A stretch of DNA of 64,000 nt, from the NCBI GenBank assembly GCA_001600815.1, contig BCKZ01000003.1, forward strand, positions 1,041,474-1,105,473, in the 5' to 3' direction. The notes under the pieces are model-generated. The model was given only the letters and a program-made list of their open reading frames with translations. It was not told the DNA's origin and did no database searches. How positions within the stretch are numbered: position 1 is the stretch's first letter; each line of letters starts with the position of its first letter. The stretch is from Alloascoidea hylecoeti. Lineage: Eukaryota. Shown here in pieces: positions 11,750-24,200 of this stretch. Made by a program: the position numbers and the translations under genes.

Positions 11750-13729
11750 TCTTAGAGCCAACAAAATGAACTTTCTATAAATCAAATTTAATAGTCTAGC
11801 TTAAATAGTCATTCTTTTTATAAAATAATGTATGGGAAAAAAGAGCTGTTTACCAGATTCAAGCATATAATAACAATGTTTGTCTTAAATTCTTTTTATT
11901 CTCTAGATATTATGGATTAGTATAATTTATAATGAAATGATAAGGTATACATGGTATAAAAGAAAAAACAATCAATCAATCAAATCAAATTTATAAGACG
12001 CATAGCTATTAGAATATTAATGGTACTTAAAAAAGAAAAGAAAAATGTTTATGTGATTGACTTCAAATAGAAGTGAATTGACTTATTAAAGGTTATAAGA
12101 GAACTTATGCTTGTATCATTATACCGAATGGCTTCTTAGCGCCAGATATACCTTAGACTATAGGAGAAACTTACATTATAATCATAGCTGGACACCTTCT
12201 AGCGTTAATATTAATTATATATTGTATCTTTATACACTGAATGTTCGAATATCTCCTAAATGGAACAAGCATTTTTTAAAAGTCAAACAATATCTTTGAA
12301 TCACAAATCCTAAACCGAATGCACATGTAGAAGGGTTTTATCAACATTGAATACCTGTTTGCCAAAGTCCAATATTCAACCCAATTCCTAAAGGAAAAAT
12401 TGATTTAGATTTTAAACCCTTATGACCAAATCAACTTTGGTACTATTAAACAACCTTGACTTCTTGCTAGCTAATTTGATTTATGAATCGGATTTAGCAA
12501 ATTGTAAATCAACTATGTGGAAATCGAAGAGCATGATCTTAATAAAATTTGAGGAGTTAATAAAAGTTTAGGATTTGCTTCTTTTAACCCATAAATATAG
12601 TTAATCGCTTCTGTAGTAAATGAAGATAATATAAAAGAATCAAAAGATGACAATTACAATCAAAAAAAGATATTTTAAAAAAAAATAATCACGGTTCCAT
12701 AGAAAATATGATGTGGAGATCTGTTTCTTGATGGTTTAGTTTGTTGGAATCAATGCTTAGCCATGAGTTATTGCTAAAATATATACTGCTTCAAGAAGGT
12801 TTAAATATCGAGTATTCTTTACTGGTGTAGTTAAGGGTTCATCTGCATGCTCAACCTCCATCAAATACAAATGATGTTGTAAATTAACTTGCCAAAAACA
12901 AACAGAAATTATATGCTTAAATCCGATGGCGGAAGAAACAAATATATTTGGTAATATTTTATGGAAATCGCATAATAAACTAATTATTCACCTAATTTAG
13001 AATCTCATATCATATATTAATCTTTGGGATTAACTCATACTTTAGTTCTTAAAGTTCTTATTCTACAAAACCGAATGATGTTTGTATTATCAATAGCCAA
13101 TCGGTAAAATTTTCAATAGATTAGTATCGAATAGGAAATAACTTTGTCATTTTCTTAAAGCCATAGCTATTATCAGAGCCCTTTGAGTCTATATATTGGC
13201 ACTTATTTTTGGTTATCATAAGGCTGTTAAATATTAATTATATATTTGGCCTCAAATTTTAAATGAGTGAGAAATATATATTATTATAAATAGGTTAGGA
13301 ATTATGAAAATATTTTTGTGGTTTATGGATTTAGACTATATACTGTAACCTGGATATAATTCTTGAAAATTTTATAATGATCTAAAAGTATTAGCGATTA
13401 TTTCACAGATTCCGATCAGAAAAATAACTACCAGTGCTACATCTGGATCCAGAAGTTAAATATGTCGAGTTGGTAATATTTAATTAGATTTTTCCATCTT
13501 AGTACTCACTTTGTGTAGATTATCATTTTATATGGCCTATCTCAATGAAATTTTTTGATCTACAAAATATGTATGGTGACGCATAACAGATCCTTATATA
13601 GTTCCAAACACATTCCAATAAGATCAACTATAACAAAAATATGTTGCCTTTGATATTCTAAAAACTATAATTAAATGATATATATATCCAACATAATATT
13701 TGAAAGGAGATTATTAAATAGCTATGACA

Positions 13730-13899
13730 TTTGGAATCATAAGTATTAAATTGTTGGTTGTTGGGATCTAGGGAAATGTATATGCAAGTAAATACTACTT
13801 CCAGCGGAATGCATATCAACATATGCATAACAAGCAGATTCTTGGGAAAAATTGGGTAAAATGATTTTTCCACCGTATCATAGTCCTGAACTTGGGTAA
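13730..13899 (+). pseudogene. Decayed Tc1/mariner-IS630 DDE transposase fragment
   Basis: Frameshifted pieces in the canonical order: FGIISIKLLVVGI*GNVYASKYY, RNAYQH, ITSRFLGKIG, MIFPPYHSPELG (13861-13896). They resemble WG.IS...GN...Y / DNA..H / FL...G / PPYSPDLNPIE. Confidence 0.5.
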
Positions 13900-15156
13900 A
13901 AAAAATACTATCGTGAAGTTGTGAGTAGCTAGATATAGCTAGTTTGTGAGATGCTTATAATTTTAGTGATTTATTAACATATATCCCTCTAAATAAACCA
14001 GAGATATCTTAATTGCAAATACCCTTGCAAAACGATGAGCTACTAGACTTCGATGTCATCACAATAACATATATAGAGATCATTATCATAAGGTGAAAAA
14101 GCTAAAAAGTTTTCAAAAAGTTTTCAGAATCAAAAATTTAGTGAAATAAAATAACATACCAAAAGATGGAAAAAGTAGTCGAATAAGCGCTGACAGTTAA
14201 CCTTGGATTGAACTTTTGTCATAAATGACCATAGCCATCATCCGATTACAATCTTACTTTGTTGGGAAATAATTGCTTTTCAGAATATTGAAGTGGATAG
14301 CTGACGTAATTGATCTTATTAAATCTTGATAATTATAGAGAATAAATAATTATAATGACAGTAATCTGCCCCATATTTTTCGAAAATAGATTAGATAATA
14401 GAGATATTTAGATATCGGTTACATTTGATAAATATTTTGTTTTTATTAGTTCTATTAAGATTAGACTTATCAGCTAGACTATATATTATTTTATGAAAAG
14501 ACTAAAAATAGTGGAATGTCCATCATTTTTAATATTTGATTGAAATAAAATACTATACTGTACAGCCAGCTATATATAAGATACGGTAAAGCTTAACTGG
14601 ATAATTATAACCTTAAAAAACCAAATACTCTTACGCCTTCTCATAAATTATAAGTATAAATAATTAGTTGGTGATAGGTGAAGATAGAACTTATCAATAT
14701 TCAAGGGAAAAAATAATACATGACAGTAATACAGTGGTTCAATATGGAGAGAAAAGAATCAAAAAGATCACACGACATTTCCCAGCAGATAAAAGATGGA
14801 GGCCGTTGATAACCATTCTTATGCATATGATAAGGAAGTATTTGCCACAAACGTTAGTTTAGATAACTATTTGATACACTTTGCACAGCTTCCACCCGAG
14901 GTTGCAATTACCATCTGGACATGAATATTAAATGTATTAAATGTATTAAATGAACAGATTTCCGCTGCTTCGATATTGATTCGTGGGAGCCGCACACGTG
15001 GGAGCCAGCGTCGGGCAGTTACCCGGCACTCCCACCAAACGGTGACATATGAAAAACCAACAAATATATAAAGACAATGAATGGCCTCCACAATTCCAAC
15101 TTCTGCCTGTCCCTCGCCCATCCTCCACACGTGACACTGCTAACATTGACACCAAA

Positions 15157-16953
15157 ATGGCTCCCCCCAAGTCCCCAGTAATCTACGCCCAGTCACGGGC
15201 CTCTTCTGGCTCGCGATCCCACTCGCGATCCCGGTCCGTGTACCCCCACTCCCGCAATTCCTCCCAGCTGGCGCTCTTTCCCACATCTCCCCAATTAGGT
15301 CCACAGGGGGCCTCTTCTCGTAATTCCTCCCGTCCCCCTCTCATATCTCGAAAATCTGGCAATAAAATCAAACGCAAAACCTCCTCCCATGCTCTGACTC
15401 CCGATGATGAGATTCCTTCCTGCTCCATAATAATAGACAATAGACTTCCGCAGGATTATTTCCAACAAGATGTTTTAGAGGCAATCCTCACTCTTAGAAT
15501 CCCTAAATGGAAATCCGTTGATATGTCCCAGGCTCCAGAGTTAACCATCGATAGAATCAGTGGTGCTCTCACTAACGCCGTTTATTCGGTTTCTCCTCCA
15601 CAATATGGTGGTTATGGATACAAAAAACCACCTAAATTACTTTTAAGAGTATATGGTTCGCAGGCTGAACAATTAATTAATAGAGATGAAGAATTGGATA
15701 TTCTTTCAAGATTAGCAAAACAAAAAATTGGTCCAAGATTATTAGGTATATTTGCAAATGGTAGATTTGAACAATTTCTTGAAGCAACCACTTTAACAAA
15801 AGATGATTTGAGAAATCCAAAAATTTCAATTCAAATTGCAAGAAGAATGAGAGAATTACATGATGGTATAGAATTAACTGATTTTGAAAGATCAAATGGT
15901 GCAGCTGTTTTAAAAAATATTAAAAATTGGATTCCATTAGTTGAAGAAATTTTACCAACTTTATCAAATTTAAATCAAAATAATTTAATTTGTTGTAATG
16001 ATTTTAAACAATTAAAATTAATGATTTTTGAATATGAAAATTTTTTAATTAATAAATTTGGTGGTTTAGATCAAATTAAAACTGATTTAAGATTTTGTCA
16101 TAATGATACACAATATGGTAATTTAATGAAAATTCGTCCTCCATCTGGTTCACCATTAATAGCTGCAAAACATTCTCATCGTCAATTAGTTGTAATTGAT
16201 TTTGAATATAGTGGTGCAAATATGCCTGGTTATGATATTGCAAATCATTTTAATGAATGGATGAGTGATTATCATTCAGAAGAAAATCAACATGATATTC
16301 ATATTGATAAATTCCCAACAATTGACGAACAAATTAGTTGGATTAAAGGTTATGTTTTAGAAGGTACAAATGTAAGAGATTTAAAGGAATTTGAAAATTT
16401 TTCATTAGATTCTCCAGCACCAATATCATCAAATCAAGATAATTATAAATTTGCAAGTGATAATTTAACTGAAATTAAAAAAGAAATTAAACGTATTTAT
16501 TTGGAAACTTTATTTTGGAGACCAATTAATCATATACAATGGTGTTTATGGGGCATTATTCAAGCAATTGATAATCATAAAATTGATGATGTTATGGATA
16601 CTGATAGATATATTGTTAGTACTGATGCAAATGGTGATTTAAATGAATCATCATCATCTGAAATTAAAAATAAAAATGAAAAAAGTAATATTAATTTAAC
16701 AACATTAAATAATGGAAATATAAATGATCTTTCAACAAAATTACATGATTTATCATTAACTCAAACAAATTCTCTTGATGATGAAATTGAAATTGAAGAA
16801 GAATCAATTTCTGATTTTGATTATATAAATTATTCAAAACAAAAATGTCAATTATTTTGGTCTGATTTAATTAATTTAGGTTTTAAAAATGCTAAAGAAT
16901 TTTATAATGGTGATATTAAAAAATTACCAACTGATTTGGATTTAAAACTATAA
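15157..16953 (+). CDS. CKI1: Choline/ethanolamine kinase (Cki1/Eki1 family)
   Basis: Motifs RISGALTNAVY, LLLRVYG, GPRLLGIFANGRFEQFL, Brenner motif CHNDTQYGN and IDFEYSG..YDIANHFNEW. Start placed at AAAATGG (15157); an upstream in-frame ATG at 15049 is possible. Confidence 0.92.
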   Translation: MAPPKSPVIYAQSRASSGSRSHSRSRSVYPHSRNSSQLALFPTSPQLGPQGASSRNSSRPPLISRKSGNKIKRKTSSHALTPDDEIPSCSIIIDNRLPQDYFQQDVLEAILTLRIPKWKSVDMSQAPELTIDRISGALTNAVYSVSPPQYGGYGYKKPPKLLLRVYGSQAEQLINRDEELDILSRLAKQKIGPRLLGIFANGRFEQFLEATTLTKDDLRNPKISIQIARRMRELHDGIELTDFERSNGAAVLKNIKNWIPLVEEILPTLSNLNQNNLICCNDFKQLKLMIFEYENFLINKFGGLDQIKTDLRFCHNDTQYGNLMKIRPPSGSPLIAAKHSHRQLVVIDFEYSGANMPGYDIANHFNEWMSDYHSEENQHDIHIDKFPTIDEQISWIKGYVLEGTNVRDLKEFENFSLDSPAPISSNQDNYKFASDNLTEIKKEIKRIYLETLFWRPINHIQWCLWGIIQAIDNHKIDDVMDTDRYIVSTDANGDLNESSSSEIKNKNEKSNINLTTLNNGNINDLSTKLHDLSLTQTNSLDDEIEIEEESISDFDYINYSKQKCQLFWSDLINLGFKNAKEFYNGDIKKLPTDLDLKL

Positions 16954-17605
16954 ATCCATAGCTATAACTAGGATCTAAAATTAACAAATTATGAAGAAAA
17001 AAAATTATCTAGGAGGATTGCATTTGCATTTCTGTTCAACATTTATTTAACCATGGTCAAAGTTTTTCAATTGATTATTGCATTTTAAATTTTGCATTAT
17101 CATTTTAAACGGAAAAAATATTTCTTTGCTGACTTTTAAAATTTTAAATTTAAATTTAAAATATTCATATTTATAACTAAAGTATAATAATTCATATTAA
17201 ACATTCAAAATTCTTTAAATTTTTATTTAGTATTGTGATATAACTAACTGTAAAACGTTACAAAATATTTATGTTTATATTAGTACTAAATTAAATTATA
17301 TAGCGCTGTTTTATAAAACTAAATAATAATAAAACAAAAACAATAGGCCAGAAAGTGTACTGAATATTTGGCTACTTATTTAACTAAATATTGATCACGT
17401 GCACAGTTCTGAACTCACTTTCGATCCAAATTAGTTAACCTCTTCGGTTTAATTTATTTACCTTCCTAAATGTCAATCTCTGCTTCAAATAGAACGCATT
17501 ATTCTTTACCTAATTAGGCTAATTTTTTTTTTTGGCTCTCTTGTTTACTGCCTTCAGCTTTAAAAAATTTATCTCAAGAGCACGAGGAAATGTTTTGCCA
17601 TTCAA

Positions 17606-17932
17606 CCCAGAGTTGGATCACAGAATACCTTGATTTCGTATTCATTCTTTGATCCTCGACCAACAGAACATTCCACCTTCACATTAGACACGCAGACTAC
17701 ATTATTTTTGTTTCCAGTTTGTTTAACTAACGATGGGAGTACCATTCCGGATATTATCTTTGCAATTGAAAGACGTCCGATTTCAAATCTCCTGTGGTAC
17801 AAAAAACAAACTGGATACGAAAATAATGTAGTCTGCGTATCTAATGTGGGGCTCGAAGGTTCTCTTTGCCGAGGACCCAAGCAATGAACCGGAAATCAAG
17901 GTACGTATTCTGTGACTGAATCCAACTCTGGG
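17606..17932. repeat. Long imperfect palindrome (arms 17606-17724 and 17804-17932, with a self-pairing spacer)
   Basis: The arms align as reverse complements over ~120 bp with scattered substitutions and small indels. The spacer pairs internally (GTACCA/TGGTAC, TCTTT/AAAGA, central CAATTG). Confidence 0.92.
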
Positions 17933-18282
17933 ACTAAATATGTTCGTAGTGTTAAATGAATAGAGGCTTGTGTTCATGCATAAGCCCAGTCAATCTCCAG
18001 ATGATAAAGGGAAATGTAAGTTAGATCTTGTGTTTAATTAATTAACAATCAACAGAATTGAACAAAACACATTGTTTAATATTAATATTAAATGAAAAAT
18101 TATATGATAAGTTTAAGACATAAATACAAGCTCATACATAATTACTGAATAACAATTAATTGTGACCCATCAATTACAACAACAATAACAACAAATAGAA
18201 ACATCATAACAACACAAAAATATAAAAAAAGTAAAAGGATTATAAAACTTCAGAGTCAGTCAGCTCTAGATTGATATTAAAT

Positions 18283-21200
18283 TTAAACCTTCCCAATATC
18301 ATTAGCAAGAATTTCTGCTGTCTTTTTCAACATTACACTTAACAATGTCACTAGTTTAAGAGCATCACAAGCAGGTTTTTCTGCCAACTCTTTATAGAAA
18401 AAGTTATCTAGTTTATACATCTTAGGAAGTCTTGTAAACTCCTTGACATAATAATCACGTTTATTATAATCAAAATCAGGAGCAGTGAAAACTGAAGTAG
18501 TTAATTCAAGACAAGAAGCAATTAAATCTTGATTTGATGAGTGTTCATAAACTTCTTGAATTCTTTTTTCATGAAATATTGCATTTTGAAACCTTAATAT
18601 TTCACCTTGTTCTGTATCAGATGGAGTAATTAACCAACGAACAGCTTTTAAAAATGTATTTTCTTCAACTTTTGGATCTCTTAAAACATAAGCACATAAA
18701 TAAGTAGCAACTCTACTTTGATCTGATGCTTTTGTAAAAAAATCAATTAAAATTTTTGGTAATAAGAAATTATTTCCAAGATCAACAAATTTAATTGATT
18801 CACTTTCAATACATGATAAGAATTTTTTACATTCCTTATAAGAACGGGAATAAACGTATAAGAAACATGCATAAACAATTGGATTAAGTTGGGCTGTTGG
18901 TGTAAGAGCTTTACGACCTCTATTAGCAATGAGAACTTTATCATTTTTAAGTCTGTATTTTAAAAGCATTTCAAGAATTTCACAAGTATGAAAACGTGTT
19001 GCAGGGAAATATAATCCTCTTGAAAGACAGACCATCATATAATTATCAAACATTTCTGGAGTATAACGTATACCAATAGTTTCATCATATTCCTTGATTG
19101 ATGATCCAATTTCAAGTCGTGCGTTAGTAAGAACACCAATTAAATCACCATCAAATGTACTTCCTTCTTGAATTCTCTTCAAACAGCTAATCATTAAATC
19201 AATACATGAATGATAAAAGTCCACTGTTGGGAATTGACTGCAGGAAAGACCTTCCCAAAATAGTGAAGTCAAATACTTTGAGGTTGGAGATATTTTTAGA
19301 ACAACTTTTGACATGCAATAAACAATACAATTATTTAGATCGAGTGCTCGTGCATCATTATTCTTTGCAAGTTCTGTTGCCAATATTAATAATCTGAATA
19401 TTTTAGGCATCAAATGATCTGCAATTTTATCCTCAACTAAATCAGCTAAAACAATGAAACCTCTTGCTCTCATTACTGATTGATTCCTAAAAGCGGCATC
19501 AGATATATATTCAAACCATCTTCGTTTCCATTCAACACGTTTAGTTCCATTCTTGCTATCATCAATTATAGTGAAAATTTCTAATAATCCTTTAGCAAAT
19601 TGTGATATACTTGTTATACTTTTGGTTGTGTGAACTTCTAATTCATTATCTGTTCCAGAACTGACACCAAATAATAAATTACCTCGACTACTTGTAAACC
19701 TTTCAAGAACAATATTTAAACGATTCTTTTCCTCAACAGAAAGAGTGGGCAACCTTGTAAAATTATGGAAAGAATTGATAATGAGTTTTTGTACAAAATA
19801 TTTCAGTTCATATGGTCCACTATTAATAAAGCATGATCCAATATAACAAATATCTGCAAGGAATTTAGTACTTAAATCCAAAGAATCAAAAACCAAAGCA
19901 TTACAAGCTTTAACAATAACAATAACTTCATTCCAACTCACTGTAGAATATACAACTTCTTCAGCTTCATTATCGGTATCAAGGGGGACATTTGTGAGAT
20001 TTCGAGCTTTATAAAGAACTCGTTTGAAAATCTCATCAGGGAAGTCTACTAAAAGTAATGCAAGAGTATCTTCACAATCTTCACCTGCAGCTTGTTTATC
20101 AATAGCAGCAGCAATAATTTCATCAACTAAAATTGGAATTAATTCTTGTTGTTGGAATAAAGGTTTCCAAATACTTAAACTTATAGTAGAGATATGTTTA
20201 ATCGATTGTTGAGTGATTTTAATAAATTCTCGAATAAGGAATTTTGTTCTTCTTGGACCTCTTTTTTCATTATCACAAAGAATTTCTTTATAAATATGAT
20301 GAATCCAAGGTGATATAACACATACTGCAGATGCAATATTTTTACAATCAATACTTTGAAATCCTTCCAAAAATGCTTTAACACAATCATATGTCCATTT
20401 AGGGAATTTTTCAGATAATTTTTGAGATAAAGTTGAAAATAATTGAGTATCATTTTTTGGACAATATATTCCATCTCTTGCATGTCCAATATCTTCATCA
20501 TAACCATACATTCTAGCCAAAGTTGCCATCAAGTTAAATGAGCAGTTTCTAATATCGTCATCACTATCTTGCAACCCATATATACCAATGCTGGTCAGCA
20601 TACTTGTGACATCACGTAAAGATTTCACAGCACTATCAGATAAAGATGCAGAAGAAGAATGTTCACTAAATCTAGTGATCATAGCATTAATATCCCTAAC
20701 AATTTCATCCCTCCTAGGACTTGAAAATGTTTGAGAATGACGGCCATCAAGATTGAACACAAATGCATTATTACCAAGTTTATTTGAAGCCAGTACTGTC
20801 TTAATATCAGTGGCATGGTAACTATCATAAAGTCTCACGTAGACAGTTCTACCACCACAATCAAGCCCAACTGAATCAACTCTGCAAACTTGTATATATT
20901 CCTCACCAACTTTTATTTCAACTTCAACATATTCTTTTGTTAAATTATCAAACAGATAAACATCATTATATTCACTTCTTCCATCTTTAAGTAAAGCGCG
21001 TGTTTTCCTTGACATACCATATGGTTTAATTGGAAGCTCTTCATAATAAGTACAGATAAAATGATAAGGTATCATAAATGGATTGAATATAGGTGAGCTA
21101 CTAAACAATTTCAACATATTATGAATCAAAGATAAAAATACCGTTGAACAATTAACATAATAAATACCAACACAATTTTCTGAAGCTGATGGAGGTGTCA

Positions 21201-24200
21201 AAGCAATAAGTTTTTCAAAAATACTTCCATCAATGAAATTTTTTTCATCATACCCTGTACAATCAATAAAGAAAGAATACTTACCATCCCAAACTTTACT
21301 TAATACTTGGAAAATTCTATAAGTAACCATATCTGGATCTGTAACAGTTGTATTATCAAACATTCCTAATGTCATGACAATGAATGGTAAACCATCATCT
21401 GATACCCCCTCCTTGATCATTTGTTTTTCTAAAATGGGGCCAAAATCTTTAGCTGCATTTTTCGTCATAAATTCATATAGAAGCATACCATGTTTAGTTG
21501 TCGCAGCAGAAATTTGTTCTGGTACTTGATAACCATTATTATGTATAGGCTGGCCAATTGCTTCTACTAACTCATATAGTCTTGAAATTGCGAGAGAATC
21601 CGGGCCGCTGGTGATAGAAAGAGAAAGAGATGGTAGTGAGTCTACATCACTGTCTCGACGGGAACTGTTGGAAGGCCCATCATTTAAAAGGCTTGCTGCA
21701 GCCTCAGAATTAATTCCATCTGAATGATTATACAAAAATTCATGAATATTACACATGTCTTGTTTGTCGATATCAATGATTCCATGAGCATCTACATCAA
21801 TCAAATTTGAAATATCAAACATTGAGTCCTCATTTTCATCAGATGCAGCAGCATTATTCAAAAATCTAGTAATCTGTTCATTAACTTGATTTAATTCGCC
21901 CATTCTCTCGTATAGCAAAGGTACTTTCAGAGAATAAAGTGAACCATTTGCCATGTTTTGAATAACCTTGGCTACTAAAAGCAACGACCTACGAACATCT
22001 CTTCTTAGGTGTTGTTTTATTAAATCGTTATTTTCAGGTGCCACAATTGCAGGGCAAAAAAATCTTAAAAATAAAAAGGATCCAACAGAGGTTGCAGACG
22101 CTTCTGGGAAACTTTGAATTGCAATCGTTCGAATTGTATAACAAATTTCCTTGAATGATTGTGGCATCTTATTAAGTGATTCTATAAATGCTCTTGAAAA
22201 TGAATGAATGCACTTCATGAACTTTTCAATATTTTCAGTTGCAGCGTTACCTTCAAGCTTGTCTGCATTCAACTCAAATGTATGACTAGCAGGATCATCA
22301 ATAAATTCTTGGATAACAGGTGATAATGTTGACACAAGATATTCTGCTCCGTATTGTTTTGCATAAATTGAAAGCATTCTAGTTGCAACACTATTTCGTC
22401 TTAAAAGGTCTACTGCTGTTGTTGTTCGTTGAATCTCTTTTGTTACTGCAGCTTTAATCAGAGCTAAGCCTAATCCACCACTCATATATAGATTCAAAAG
22501 GGATTTTGCCAGATCATCAACTTCTCCAGCAGGACATAAATCACACATCATAACAGCAATTGATAGATTTGACCTTAAATATTTCATAAGAGTCTGCATC
22601 TTGTCACCTTGGTTCTTATCCAACTCACTACTTACACCTTGCTGAATAATAGTTGAAAGCACACGGATTATTGCACCTCTTACTTTGGGTGACTTATGAT
22701 ATCCAACAGGCAAACCAAATTTTAGCCCAACATCTGAGTTCATTGTTAGAATATTAGACAATATTTCAATGACGTATCTACAAACAGCAGAATCACGGGG
22801 TGATAATGGTTTTAGAGACCTTTCAGATGATGGTATAGAACCAGCAATGGATGATCCAACCGTCTTCGAAAGAAAACTACTGGAACTGTTTATGTTTGAG
22901 TATCCTAATTTAGAATATTTTTCAAGTGCTCGAATACCCACTGAAAAAAAGTTTGCACAAACAGTTGATTTGGCCTGAAGGTAATCTTCTTCGGAATTCG
23001 TTTGCGACACATAAATTACTTTACCTTTAATCATACTAGAGGTAGCTTTAGCAGATTCCAATACCAAATCAGAATATACATGATCCATTTCGGATAATTT
23101 CCGGTCAGATGTAAATAAAGTACTTGAACTAGTATCATTTTCATCTCTGAAAGCTGCTTGTTCAAACCATTTAAACATTTGTCCACCAGCTGCATAATAA
23201 ACCTTACCAGGGAATTTAAGTTCAAATAATGGTTCATTCATCGCTAAATCACCAGCTAGTTTAACACATCTTATTTTGATTTTTAAAACTTCAATACTAT
23301 CATCCATGTCATCAACATAAGCCATTATATTAAGCAGACTTATTGGGACGATTAATTCAAGATTTATCTTATTTTTGACACACCTTTCAATAACACCTTT
23401 TATAAGCGATATAAACAAATCTGAGATTTTAAAGATCTGATCTTTTTTCTTTGACTCAATTGCTTTGTTTATTAACTCGCCCAAACTGACAAATATTGAA
23501 TGAATTGTAAATCTACTGAACTCTAAAGAAAGTGCTTCTCTTGCAGCATCACAAATAAGAATATTTGGTGATTCCAAAAGACCAACAACATTTTGAACCA
23601 ATTCATCGATAAGAGGAGCAATGTTTGAAACTCTAACATTCGTCTCTATATCTGTTGCCAAAATACATTCAGATAAACTAGCTGCCATTCCAAGGTAATT
23701 TCTTCTTTCGGTAACAAAACTTGTTTTAAATTGAGGGTCATCCCACCCATTCATAAATCTACTGTGAAGTATTTCCCAAGCATTCATAATACCATCTGTA
23801 GCTATGGAAAATTGGCTTACTATTTTACGTGTCCTTCTTTGTAGAGCTACTTGACCAGTAATAAGATGGGAACTCGGTTGAAATTCTTTGTATTGAGCTC
23901 TGTTGTATAAAAAGGGACTGGACAATAAGTTATCTGTTAGGTTACCAAGTTCCAAACTATCTTCAAGGGCCGCAGTTATTGCAGCAGCTGTCAACTTATA
24001 TATTTCAATATCAGGTGAACAGAGTGTGATTAATAATGCCGTTTCAACATTATTATACATTTTATTTCTTATACTATCTGGTTCAAATTTATTGATCACG
24101 CCTCCACACGCTTTCTTTAGATGAAATCTTTTAGCAAGCATGGCACGTCCTTCGAGAAGATCACGCATTAATTTAAGAAATCTTTCAATACGAGAATCAC

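Noticed and set aside
17602..17977. Three short ORFs sharing TLDTQTTLF/NNVVCVSNV peptides
   Set aside because: The shared peptides are a by-product of the DNA palindrome; no ATG-supported, recognisable protein.
17472..17997. GTCAATCTC as a 9-bp Mutator-type TSD around the palindrome
   Set aside because: The inverted arms do not abut the two copies; the sequences immediately inside them are not complementary.
17960..18025. U1-like start on the minus strand (ACTTAC...GGAGATTGA)
   Set aside because: Reads ACTTACAT rather than ACTTACCT, has no GATCA..GAAG loop, and has no proper Sm site downstream.
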